Origin: an uncultured Mollicutes bacterium
GTDB taxonomy: Bacteria > Bacillota_I > Bacilli_A > RFN20 > CAG-826
Direction of reading: 5' to 3'
Length of the DNA stretch: 64,000 bases
Assembly (NCBI GenBank): GCA_900540385.1
Contig: UQFY01000011.1
Coordinates: 6,043-70,042 of the forward strand
The notes below the pieces were generated by a model. The model ran no database searches, had not been told where the DNA came from, and saw nothing but the letters and a program-made list of their open reading frames with translations. This document shows, in pieces, positions 7,513-16,169 of the stretch; the stretch's first letter is position 1; the number at the start of each line of letters is the position of its first letter. A program made the translations under genes and the position numbers.

Positions 7513-10182
7513 ATGATGAAAAGAACATCTATCTATCATTCTAAAAAAGTAACCGCTTACAATCTGCTTTCGATTCTTTTTTTGCTTACTTCGTGTGGTG
7601 GAGATGTTACGAAATCTTCTTCCTCAATAGATTCAACCGAACCCGTAAAGGATTATTTCAATTCCGAAAACTTTGTGACGCCTGAAAAGGAAGTTACAAC
7701 AAGCAAGCTTGTGACCTATGAAGGTCCAAAAATGATGGAATCTTCTAAGAAAGTCTCCGTTAAGGTAAATGGCGAAGACTTGTTTGTGTATGAAACAAGA
7801 GTCAATCACGATCGTTCTTTCTCTTGGACAGCTCCTGAAACGTATACGCAGGCTGTTATATTTGATTTTGAGGGTAAGGTTCATCTTGATGTAACCATTC
7901 AAGAAACTCTTATTTCTTCGGCAATTCTTCGTCCACAAGTCTATGGAATTCATCCAACTTTTCAAGAACACACTATTTCTTTTGATTTAACTTCATCGGG
8001 TAACTATGTTTTGGAATATAACGATAATTCAGATGAAGCAATTCAAATTTTCGCCAATCCAATCGAAAAAGAAACCATCACGGAAGAGACCGCTAAAAAC
8101 GATCCTAACATGATCTATGTTGGTCCGGGTGTTTACGATGCGGGTGCTTTCCCAATCAAAGACAATACGACCGTTTATTTGGCTGGCGGATCTTTTGTGT
8201 ATGGCCAATTCTCTGCTGAAGGGGCAAACAACGTTACGATCAAAGGAAGAGGCGTTGTCTCTGGCGCTATCTATTCTCGAAAGAGCGATGGCGACTATAC
8301 AATTCCTGTAGTTATGCGAAAGGTAAAACACCTTACTATAGAAGATGTTGCCTTCTTTGATCCTGCAGGATGGACCCTTCATTTATGGAAATGTGAAGAC
8401 GTTCATATCAACAACGTTAAAATCATTACTGCTAGAAGCAATGGCGATGGTATTTCCATCCAATCTTGCAAGGATGTGGAAGTCTCTGGCGGCTATGTCC
8501 GTTCTTGGGATGACGCTCTTGTCGTCAAAAATTCTGATTTAGGCTCTACATCTAATATCAACATTCATGATGTCGTGCTTTGGTCAGATTTAGCCCAATG
8601 CATGGAAATCGGGTATGAAACCTATGGACCAACGATGGATGGTATCACCTTCCAAGACATCACTGTTGTGCATGCGATGCATAAGGCTGTTATTTCTCTT
8701 CATAACTCCGACCAAGCAAAAATTACAAACGTTACTTATAAAAATATTACGGTGGAAGATTGCCAAACACTCGGCGATGATCGTAATGACAATGAAAATG
8801 ACTTTTTGATTGATTTCACGATTGCTTATAACGCTGATTGGACGAAAAGCAAAGAAAAACGCGGCATCGTCGAGGGCGTCAACATTGAAAATGTGAAAGT
8901 ATATGAAAAAGCACCATCTGTCGTTGCAAGAATGAGAGGAGAGGATGATGTCTCTTCCATTCGAAACGTGAAGATTAAAGGACTAGAAATCGCTGGCAAA
9001 CAAATCACATCTGGAGAAGACCTCGGATTAACAACCAACGATTATGTGAAAAACGTTACTTTTGAGACTTCAGAAAAGGTCCTTGGAGCTTCCATTCATT
9101 TGCCTTATAAACTCTCCTTGGCCAACGAAAATATTTCGAAAACGACCAAAACCAATATTGTTCAAGAAGGTCTCATCGTTCCTTCCTTTGCAAGAATGAC
9201 TGGGGAAGCCTCTTTTGTCGGAGTGAAAGCCTCCGGAGAAGGAAATGCTTCTTCTTCTCATGGGGCTGGAAGCAAAACTTCAACACCTGGAGATGATGGA
9301 ACAGGCAGCTTTTTAGGAAACTCTTCGAAAGCTGAATACGCTTTTGATGGAAAGAAAGACACGCTCTATATTTCTGGAGAATGGAAAAACCAAGAAAATG
9401 AATTTGCAACCCTTACCTACGATTTAGAAAACATCACTAATATCGGTCTGATTCGTTTATTCGGTGATCCAACAAACGAATATTCCTATATCTATTCCCT
9501 CCAAGTTTGGGCGAAGAAAGTCAAAAAGAATTCTGACGGAACGTCGACTATAGCTACGAAATACACTCGTTTAATGGCAGGAAAGGAATACAAGATGACT
9601 CCGGCCAATAACAATTACTTCGATATCAATGTCCCTACCCAGGACTACGCTGGCATTCAACTTCGTTTCAACCGCACAGAAACTTTATTATCCCCAAAAC
9701 ATTACGCAATATCTGAAATCGAATTCTATCCACCTTCCTTAACTTTTGGTAAACCAATCGTCGATAGCACAGAACATAACGATGTCTATCCGGTGGGGAA
9801 TACTGTTGATGGAGATCCAACAGGCACAAGCTATTACGAAAGTAAAACTCTTCCGGCCTTAATTGTTATCGATTTAAAGGATGTTTACAAATTAAACAAA
9901 ATCGTTCTCTCCCTTCCTCCTATTCTTACTTGGGCGGAAAGACATCAAAAGATTGAAATATCTGTTTCTGATAGCAATGTATCCTACACCGAGAAAAAGC
10001 CTGAATTCACCATTGTTAAAGAAGCAACCGATTACCTCTTTAATCCACAAACAGGTAATCGTGTGATACTTGAAATGAACGATGTTTCCTGCCGATTCTT
10101 AAAAATAGTTATTCTCTCCAATGACGCTGCTGGCGGATATGGTGGCCAACTTTCCGAAATTAGCGCATATGGAGTTAAATAA
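7513..10182 (+). CDS. Surface lipoprotein: right-handed beta-helix glycoside-hydrolase-like domain (GH28/clan GH-N-like D...DD) plus two C-terminal F5/8 type C (discoidin/CBM32-like) domains
   Basis: Lipobox LLTSCGG. RSNGDGISIQSCKDVEVSGGYVRSWDDALVVKN has an Asp then Asp-Asp 21-22 residues later, as in GH28. Two discoidin-like modules, ending AISEIEFY and LSEISAYG. Confidence 0.7.
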   Translation: MMKRTSIYHSKKVTAYNLLSILFLLTSCGGDVTKSSSSIDSTEPVKDYFNSENFVTPEKEVTTSKLVTYEGPKMMESSKKVSVKVNGEDLFVYETRVNHDRSFSWTAPETYTQAVIFDFEGKVHLDVTIQETLISSAILRPQVYGIHPTFQEHTISFDLTSSGNYVLEYNDNSDEAIQIFANPIEKETITEETAKNDPNMIYVGPGVYDAGAFPIKDNTTVYLAGGSFVYGQFSAEGANNVTIKGRGVVSGAIYSRKSDGDYTIPVVMRKVKHLTIEDVAFFDPAGWTLHLWKCEDVHINNVKIITARSNGDGISIQSCKDVEVSGGYVRSWDDALVVKNSDLGSTSNINIHDVVLWSDLAQCMEIGYETYGPTMDGITFQDITVVHAMHKAVISLHNSDQAKITNVTYKNITVEDCQTLGDDRNDNENDFLIDFTIAYNADWTKSKEKRGIVEGVNIENVKVYEKAPSVVARMRGEDDVSSIRNVKIKGLEIAGKQITSGEDLGLTTNDYVKNVTFETSEKVLGASIHLPYKLSLANENISKTTKTNIVQEGLIVPSFARMTGEASFVGVKASGEGNASSSHGAGSKTSTPGDDGTGSFLGNSSKAEYAFDGKKDTLYISGEWKNQENEFATLTYDLENITNIGLIRLFGDPTNEYSYIYSLQVWAKKVKKNSDGTSTIATKYTRLMAGKEYKMTPANNNYFDINVPTQDYAGIQLRFNRTETLLSPKHYAISEIEFYPPSLTFGKPIVDSTEHNDVYPVGNTVDGDPTGTSYYESKTLPALIVIDLKDVYKLNKIVLSLPPILTWAERHQKIEISVSDSNVSYTEKKPEFTIVKEATDYLFNPQTGNRVILEMNDVSCRFLKIVILSNDAAGGYGGQLSEISAYGVK

Positions 10183-10212
10183 AAATAAAAATCTTTCAGA
10201 AAGGAATGAAAT

Positions 10213-12843
10213 ATGAAAGGTAAAAAATTACTTTTTGGGATGTTGCCTTTAAGCGCAGCAATGATTCTTGCTGCTTGTAATCCATCCGTCCCAGCCTCAT
10301 CTTCTAGCAATCCTGCTAGTGAAGAAACGCCAAGCTCGGAGATCGTCACTCCTACACCAACAAGCTCTGAAACATCAAAAGAAGAAGTCACTCATCGTGA
10401 AGGACTCAATAAAACTCTTGCTGAAGGAGCCGTCACTCGCGATTATGACGAAAGATTCGACAAAACCATCGAAGATTTCTCCGGCGAAAGTCTAAATGGT
10501 GTCAGCGATGCTACAAGACATAACGCCTTCCTTCGTGAAGTCGTTGACTCAAATTTGCCTGATTTCCAAAATTCTCCTGATGCTGCCATCTTTAAAATGG
10601 CTGCTGGAGCATTGGATGGAGACAAGACTCTTTTAGGTTCTTCCATCGTTCATCTCTCTATGCGCGTTACGGAAGGGAAACTTCCTTTAAAGGACTTAGT
10701 TTTTGCCATCCGTCCAAGCGATGATAATTCAGCCCACGTTTTTGAAATTAACCTCGCCGAAGCAGTTAACGAAGATGGCGATAAGAATCCTGAACTTACA
10801 AACGAATTCCAAGATATTACCATCGACGTTGGAAACTCTATTGATGATGCAACAACCACCTTCCCAGGAACGGCTTTAAAAGTCTTAGAAAATGCGGTTG
10901 GTTTCCACCTTTATGTAAAGAAAGAGGCGGAAGTGTCTGCTGTTATCGAGATGGAAAAAGTCTCCACCAAGAAAGGTGATACGGAAACCGTCTTCGATAC
11001 TTTTGATCGTCCAAATCTTTCGAAGAGCGATATGGTCTATTGGGGACCTACGGATAATCCAAACTCTGTCTTTGTTAGAAAAGGCCTTCTTATTGGGAAA
11101 GATAAGAAATATACGACTCCAACCCTCACGGAAGAACAAAGAAAGAGCCATGTTGTTTTCTCTGTTCTTGGCGATATGAGCCAAAGCAAGGTCTCTGTTG
11201 CTTATGATGATGCCGAAAACACCACAAAAACGTTACCTTTTGCGGAATTAAAAGCCCAAGAAGACAAAGCGGTGGTGAACGCTATCGATGGTGCCTATAC
11301 CAATTTGGCAATTGACCTTAGCAAGTTTGCTGGACCGGAAGGCGCCAACGTGAAAACCATCACTTTAGAGAATGCAGGTGATAATGAACTTCAGCTCAGC
11401 AATGTCTTTATGACCTCTTTCGAAATGCCAGATTTGGTTAAGAAATATCCAACCTTCAACACAAAGACCGCAGTCACCTTTGATAACTTCAATCGTGAAT
11501 ATGCCAAAATGCCTTCTGGCGCTGATGGTTATACGGCCTCGACAACTGACGAAAGAAACGTTTCTGCTGGCATTAATGGCATGACCTCTTGGTCAAATGC
11601 AGATAATATCAGCATGACAGGTGGAACGTTAAATCTCCCTGCAACCGAGGGTTATAATGAGGTTTCCATCGATTCTAGCCATGTTTTACCTGGTGCACAA
11701 TATATCGTTTTCTCCATCAAAGCGGATGATGATGCGGATTTGAATAGCTTCCGTTTCGCAATGGGCGGGAAAACCGTTTGGTTTAACGCTGCTTTAGCTA
11801 TGGAAGGCGTGAAGACCTACAAAGATCCAGTTTATGAAACTCCATATACCACCGAAGATGGCTTTAAATGGTATGTCGTTGATTTAAAACAACACGAAAT
11901 CAATTCTACTGGCAGTATTGAAATCTATTACACCGGTGCAAAAGATATCAAACTTGACAGTGTCTTCTTAGCCAATGGCTTTAGTGCTGTCCATGGTAGA
12001 AAAGGGGATTTAGATCTTGCTAATCTCAATGAAGCTGAATTAGATTTGGCTGGTTATCATTATATTGGTGGAGTTGGCCCATCCGTCAATGCAAGATATG
12101 GCGCTGTCACAATGAAAGGCGATGGAACTGCAACTTTAGCAACATTCCGCGCTTCTTATAATGACGATGACGCGAAGTGGATCAAAGATTCTGCAATTGA
12201 CGTGTATACCGAAGATGGCCGTAAAGTCACAAAAGACGAAGTCATTCCTGACACCTACGCGACCTATTATGTTGATTTAGAATCCGTTAGCTATGCCAAA
12301 ACTGGAACGGGTTGGTTCAAAGCCCATATCGGTGGTGAAGGGGCAACCGGGAAAATTAACATTAAAGAAATCTTCATGGCCTCTCAAGGGTATGCAAAAG
12401 ATCTTGGAAGCAAAGAAATCGTCTCTAATGGTTCATATGTGGGTGAAGTTGTAAGCGAATCTCTCCCATTTGATGCCTCAATGATGATTCTTCATGTCAC
12501 TGGAGATGAAGGAACAACTTTGAAAGACTGGAGATTCACCTTAGAAAAAGACGGCAAAGTCGATGAGGCTTGGCCAAGCGGAAATCCAGGGCTCTTAAAA
12601 GTCATGTGGGGTGACGCTTTCGATTTCGAAAATACGGCTATTGGAAGTGGTTTAGATCTTATCGTTGATTTAAGCGCCCTTCCGAAGGAAAAGCAGTCAA
12701 CTGCTGGAAAACTCCTTAAATACCACATCGGTGGAGGAGTTGGAGCGAATGGCAAGAAGATTCAAATTGAAACGAAACTTGTTGCTAAAGAAACCCCATC
12801 CAATATGGCTTTGGCAGACTACAGCCAACTTTGGACGAAATAA
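10213..12843 (+). CDS. Large surface lipoprotein of unknown function (candidate glycan-binding component)
   Basis: Lipobox ILAACNPS followed by an S/T/P/E-rich linker. 876 aa with no motif I can assign. Embedded in the carbohydrate operon. Confidence 0.65.
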   Translation: MKGKKLLFGMLPLSAAMILAACNPSVPASSSSNPASEETPSSEIVTPTPTSSETSKEEVTHREGLNKTLAEGAVTRDYDERFDKTIEDFSGESLNGVSDATRHNAFLREVVDSNLPDFQNSPDAAIFKMAAGALDGDKTLLGSSIVHLSMRVTEGKLPLKDLVFAIRPSDDNSAHVFEINLAEAVNEDGDKNPELTNEFQDITIDVGNSIDDATTTFPGTALKVLENAVGFHLYVKKEAEVSAVIEMEKVSTKKGDTETVFDTFDRPNLSKSDMVYWGPTDNPNSVFVRKGLLIGKDKKYTTPTLTEEQRKSHVVFSVLGDMSQSKVSVAYDDAENTTKTLPFAELKAQEDKAVVNAIDGAYTNLAIDLSKFAGPEGANVKTITLENAGDNELQLSNVFMTSFEMPDLVKKYPTFNTKTAVTFDNFNREYAKMPSGADGYTASTTDERNVSAGINGMTSWSNADNISMTGGTLNLPATEGYNEVSIDSSHVLPGAQYIVFSIKADDDADLNSFRFAMGGKTVWFNAALAMEGVKTYKDPVYETPYTTEDGFKWYVVDLKQHEINSTGSIEIYYTGAKDIKLDSVFLANGFSAVHGRKGDLDLANLNEAELDLAGYHYIGGVGPSVNARYGAVTMKGDGTATLATFRASYNDDDAKWIKDSAIDVYTEDGRKVTKDEVIPDTYATYYVDLESVSYAKTGTGWFKAHIGGEGATGKINIKEIFMASQGYAKDLGSKEIVSNGSYVGEVVSESLPFDASMMILHVTGDEGTTLKDWRFTLEKDGKVDEAWPSGNPGLLKVMWGDAFDFENTAIGSGLDLIVDLSALPKEKQSTAGKLLKYHIGGGVGANGKKIQIETKLVAKETPSNMALADYSQLWTK

Positions 12844-12862
12844 GTAAAATAGTAGAAGATTT

Positions 12863-12887
12863 GGAGAGAGGGCAAAACCCTCTCTCC
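12863..12887 (+). promoter_or_regulatory. Intercistronic perfect 10-bp GC-rich stem-loop (partial terminator or mRNA stabiliser) before the SBP gene
   Basis: GGAGAGAGGG-CAAAA-CCCTCTCTCC with no long U tract. Lies between the 876-aa lipoprotein gene and the solute-binding protein gene. Confidence 0.6.
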
Positions 12888-12904
12888 TTATGGAGGTTTA
12901 ACAT

Positions 12905-14320
12905 ATGAAAAAGAAAACTTGTGCTTTAGGAATCTTATTATCGTTGTCTGGAATTCTTTTTACTTCTTGTAAAGGAGATAACGGCAATAAGATCGAGTTG
13001 AAAATCGGTTTTTGGCCAGAAGAAGCCTCCACGGCTGATGTTGAGATGTACCAAGTTTGGAAAGAAAAATTTGAAAAAGACAACCCTCAATATGTAATTA
13101 AAGGAGATCCTTATACCTATAGTACAGAGACGGTTGGCAGCAAACAAATGATGGGTCAACTCCCTGATGTATGGCAAACCTGGTTCACTGAACCTCAAAA
13201 ACTCAAAGAAAAGAACATTATTCGTCCAATCAGCAAACTTCTAAAAGAAACGGGTTGGGATGAAAAAATGGATGAAGAGATGAAACAAACTCTTACTTTT
13301 GGTGATGACATCTACGGCATTCCAAGAGATGGATATGGTCTTGGACTTTTACTTAACAAACGTATTCTTGGAGAAAATGGCATCCTACCAGAAAAGAAAA
13401 AAGACGGAAAAACGTATTATTCTTTAACAAAAGATGATGGAACGCCAGCTTATCCAACGACTTGGGAAGAAGTTTACGATGTTTCATCGACGATTGCGGA
13501 GAACGATTCTGCAAAAGGCTTCATGATGTACTCCTCCAATAAGAACGGGGGTTGGGTTTTTAGCAATATGGTTTGGAATTTTGGTGGAACCCTCCAAAAG
13601 AAAGAAGGGAATAAAGTCCTTGCGAATTTAAATTCCAAAGAGGCCGTTTCTGCCCTTGAATGGATTCAAAAGATGAAGAAAGACGATCTTCTTCAGGAAA
13701 AAATCGCTTGTGTTTATAACGATTGGTATTCAAATATCAATGAAAAAGTAGCTATGGCGGTAGTTGGAAGCGACGTTCTTCAACAAGCCGCCCTTCAAGG
13801 CCATTGTGATATGAATGATCTTGCTTTTGTTCCAATGCCAGCAGGGGATGGAATTCATCATTATTCCTTATACGGTGGAACTCCATATGTTTTCACTAAA
13901 GGCATTTCTGATGAAAAAGTTAGAGGAATTTTGAAATTTTTTGACTATATTGGTCGTTCTCCAAGTGTTTCTTCCAATAATATGGAAGCGAAAAAAGAAG
14001 GATATGAGGTTGCTAAAAAGAAAGGCCAACCAATCCTCCCGAGCATTATGCCATGGAAAAATTCAGATTATTTAACGAAAGCTAAAGAACTTGAAGATCA
14101 ATACATCAACGTCAATATGGAGGATTATTCCCCTTTCTTTAACCACATCCAAGAAAACAAACATTCCGAAGAACCGTATAATGCGCAAGAAATGTATGAG
14201 GTCTTGGATACTGCTCTTCAAAGCATTTTCAATTCTCCTGAAACAAGTGATTGCGATTCTCTTTTGACAACCGCTAACTCTTCTTTCCAAAAGACTTTAG
14301 ATAAAAACGTCAACAAATAA
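12905..14320 (+). CDS. Sugar ABC transporter solute-binding lipoprotein (family 1)
   Basis: Lipobox LFTSCKG. Size and composition typical of SBP_bac_1. Followed by MalF/MalG-type permeases. Confidence 0.85.
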   Translation: MKKKTCALGILLSLSGILFTSCKGDNGNKIELKIGFWPEEASTADVEMYQVWKEKFEKDNPQYVIKGDPYTYSTETVGSKQMMGQLPDVWQTWFTEPQKLKEKNIIRPISKLLKETGWDEKMDEEMKQTLTFGDDIYGIPRDGYGLGLLLNKRILGENGILPEKKKDGKTYYSLTKDDGTPAYPTTWEEVYDVSSTIAENDSAKGFMMYSSNKNGGWVFSNMVWNFGGTLQKKEGNKVLANLNSKEAVSALEWIQKMKKDDLLQEKIACVYNDWYSNINEKVAMAVVGSDVLQQAALQGHCDMNDLAFVPMPAGDGIHHYSLYGGTPYVFTKGISDEKVRGILKFFDYIGRSPSVSSNNMEAKKEGYEVAKKKGQPILPSIMPWKNSDYLTKAKELEDQYINVNMEDYSPFFNHIQENKHSEEPYNAQEMYEVLDTALQSIFNSPETSDCDSLLTTANSSFQKTLDKNVNK

Positions 14321-14331
14321 AAAGGCAAATT

Positions 14332-15249
14332 ATGTTTAGAAAACCTACAATTGAACGCAAAAGGAACTGGAAAAGCGTCCTAAAGAGAAATGCTTTAGGA
14401 TGGGCTTTTATGATTCTCCCGCTTCTTTTGTTTACTTTTTTTGTTTGGTATCCGATGATAAGAAATTTCATTCTCGCTTTTCAAGATGGATATGAAGACG
14501 CTTCTTTTGTTGGTTTTCAGAATTTTATCGATGTATTTGAGGATCCCACATTCCTCTCTGCATTGAAAAACACCTTTCTTTATATCGGTTTCTCCTTGCT
14601 AATCGGATATTTGGTCCCTGTTATTTTAGGTTTTCTCCTATCCGAAGTAATTCACGCAAAAGGCTTCTTCCGAGTCGTTTTATATCTTCCTTGCATGATT
14701 TCTGGAATGGCAGTGGTCTTTCTTTTTAATTCCATGTATGGTGATGGATCAACCGATCTTTTCAACGTAATCATTATGAAAATGGGTTTTCAAGCCCATC
14801 CATGGAAAGGTTCCACGAATCTCGTTATTCCTCTTATCGTCCTTGCCATGACTTGGAAAGGGGCTGGAAGTACGGCTCTTATCTATCTTTCTGCTTTTCA
14901 AAGCATTGATGATTCGATGTATGAGGCGGCACGTATTGATGGAGCAAGTTCCGTTCAAAGATTTTCACGTATTACGATTCCTGCTTTAAGAGGGACTCTT
15001 CTTACCTTGTTTGTCTTACAAATTATCTCTGTTTTTCAAGTCTTCTATGAGCCTCTTGTCATTGGTCCTAAGGGAGGACCATTGGATGCGTCGATGTCTT
15101 TGATGTTACTTAGCTATTTATACGCTTTCGAGGATTTTGAATACGGAAAGAGCGCTGCTACTGCCTTAATTTTGGGCGGAATCATCATCCTTTTCACAAT
15201 TTTATATGCCCTTTTAGACAATTATTTAAAGAAAAAGGAGGGAAAATAA
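14332..15249 (+). CDS. Carbohydrate ABC transporter permease (MalF/UgpA-like)
   Basis: EAA loop EAARIDGASSVQRFSRITIPALRG. 6 TM helices. Confidence 0.9.
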   Translation: MFRKPTIERKRNWKSVLKRNALGWAFMILPLLLFTFFVWYPMIRNFILAFQDGYEDASFVGFQNFIDVFEDPTFLSALKNTFLYIGFSLLIGYLVPVILGFLLSEVIHAKGFFRVVLYLPCMISGMAVVFLFNSMYGDGSTDLFNVIIMKMGFQAHPWKGSTNLVIPLIVLAMTWKGAGSTALIYLSAFQSIDDSMYEAARIDGASSVQRFSRITIPALRGTLLTLFVLQIISVFQVFYEPLVIGPKGGPLDASMSLMLLSYLYAFEDFEYGKSAATALILGGIIILFTILYALLDNYLKKKEGK

Positions 15250-15250
15250 T

Positions 15251-16165
15251 ATGAAAAAATACGTTTTTCCTCGCTTAAAAGACAAAAGAAGTGGTTTTCT
15301 TAATTTTGCCGATTATCGTAACCCTGCCCATAAAGTTGGATATGCTTTTATCGTCTTTTTCCTTCTTCTTTTCTCTTTCATCGCCTTATTTCCAATTATT
15401 TATCTTTTAGCCTCTGCTTTAAAATCCGATGGGGAAATCAACTCTAGCATTTACACCTTTTGGCCAAAAGTATGGGATTTCGGTAGATTCGTCCGCATTT
15501 GGCAAACAATTGATTTCACCAAATATTATCTCAATACGTTTGTATACGTTATTGGGGCCGTCATTTGTGCCGTTCTCTTTAATTCTTTGCTTGCTTATGC
15601 AATCGCCATCATTAAACCATTCGGCTATAAGGTAATCGATAAATTCATCTTCCTCGGGTATATGATCCCGGCGACCTTAAACATCTTACCTCTTGCTAAA
15701 GAAATCGCTGATTTCGGGTTTCTTTCCAATCCAGATTCTTACCTTACTTTCTTGCCTTTGTGGCTTTCTTTTGGTGCTAACGCTTATTATTACATGCTTT
15801 TTAAAGATTATTTTTCTCGCCTTCCAAAATCTCTTATGGAAGCGGGAAGCATGGATGGAGCAGACCAACTACAAATTTTTAGAAGAGTAGTTCTTCCTTT
15901 AAGTAAACCAATGATTGGCATCGTGGCTATATTTTCGATGACCGCTTCCTATAGCGATTTCCTTCTTCCATATTTGGTTTTGCAAAGTAACAAACTAAAG
16001 ACCCTTATGGTCGGTATCTATAACATTGGCTCGGCTGGAGACATCCTAAAACCGGAAGATTTCTTGATGTTATTGGTCTTCTCTATCATCCCTCAATTAA
16101 TTATTTTCCTTATTTTCCAACGTCAAATTATGGGCGCTGGAGCGAATAAAGGAAGCAAGGAGTAG
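15251..16165 (+). CDS. Carbohydrate ABC transporter permease (MalG/UgpE-like)
   Basis: EAA loop EAGSMDGADQLQIFRRVVLPLSKP. 6 TM helices. Confidence 0.9.
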   Translation: MKKYVFPRLKDKRSGFLNFADYRNPAHKVGYAFIVFFLLLFSFIALFPIIYLLASALKSDGEINSSIYTFWPKVWDFGRFVRIWQTIDFTKYYLNTFVYVIGAVICAVLFNSLLAYAIAIIKPFGYKVIDKFIFLGYMIPATLNILPLAKEIADFGFLSNPDSYLTFLPLWLSFGANAYYYMLFKDYFSRLPKSLMEAGSMDGADQLQIFRRVVLPLSKPMIGIVAIFSMTASYSDFLLPYLVLQSNKLKTLMVGIYNIGSAGDILKPEDFLMLLVFSIIPQLIIFLIFQRQIMGAGANKGSKE

Positions 16166-16169
16166 TATT

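Noticed and set aside
7633-10391. Numerous 60-120-aa minus-strand and alternative-frame ORFs inside the beta-helix and lipoprotein genes.
   Set aside because: All are nested in long ORFs with clear domain signatures, so they are typical shadow ORFs.
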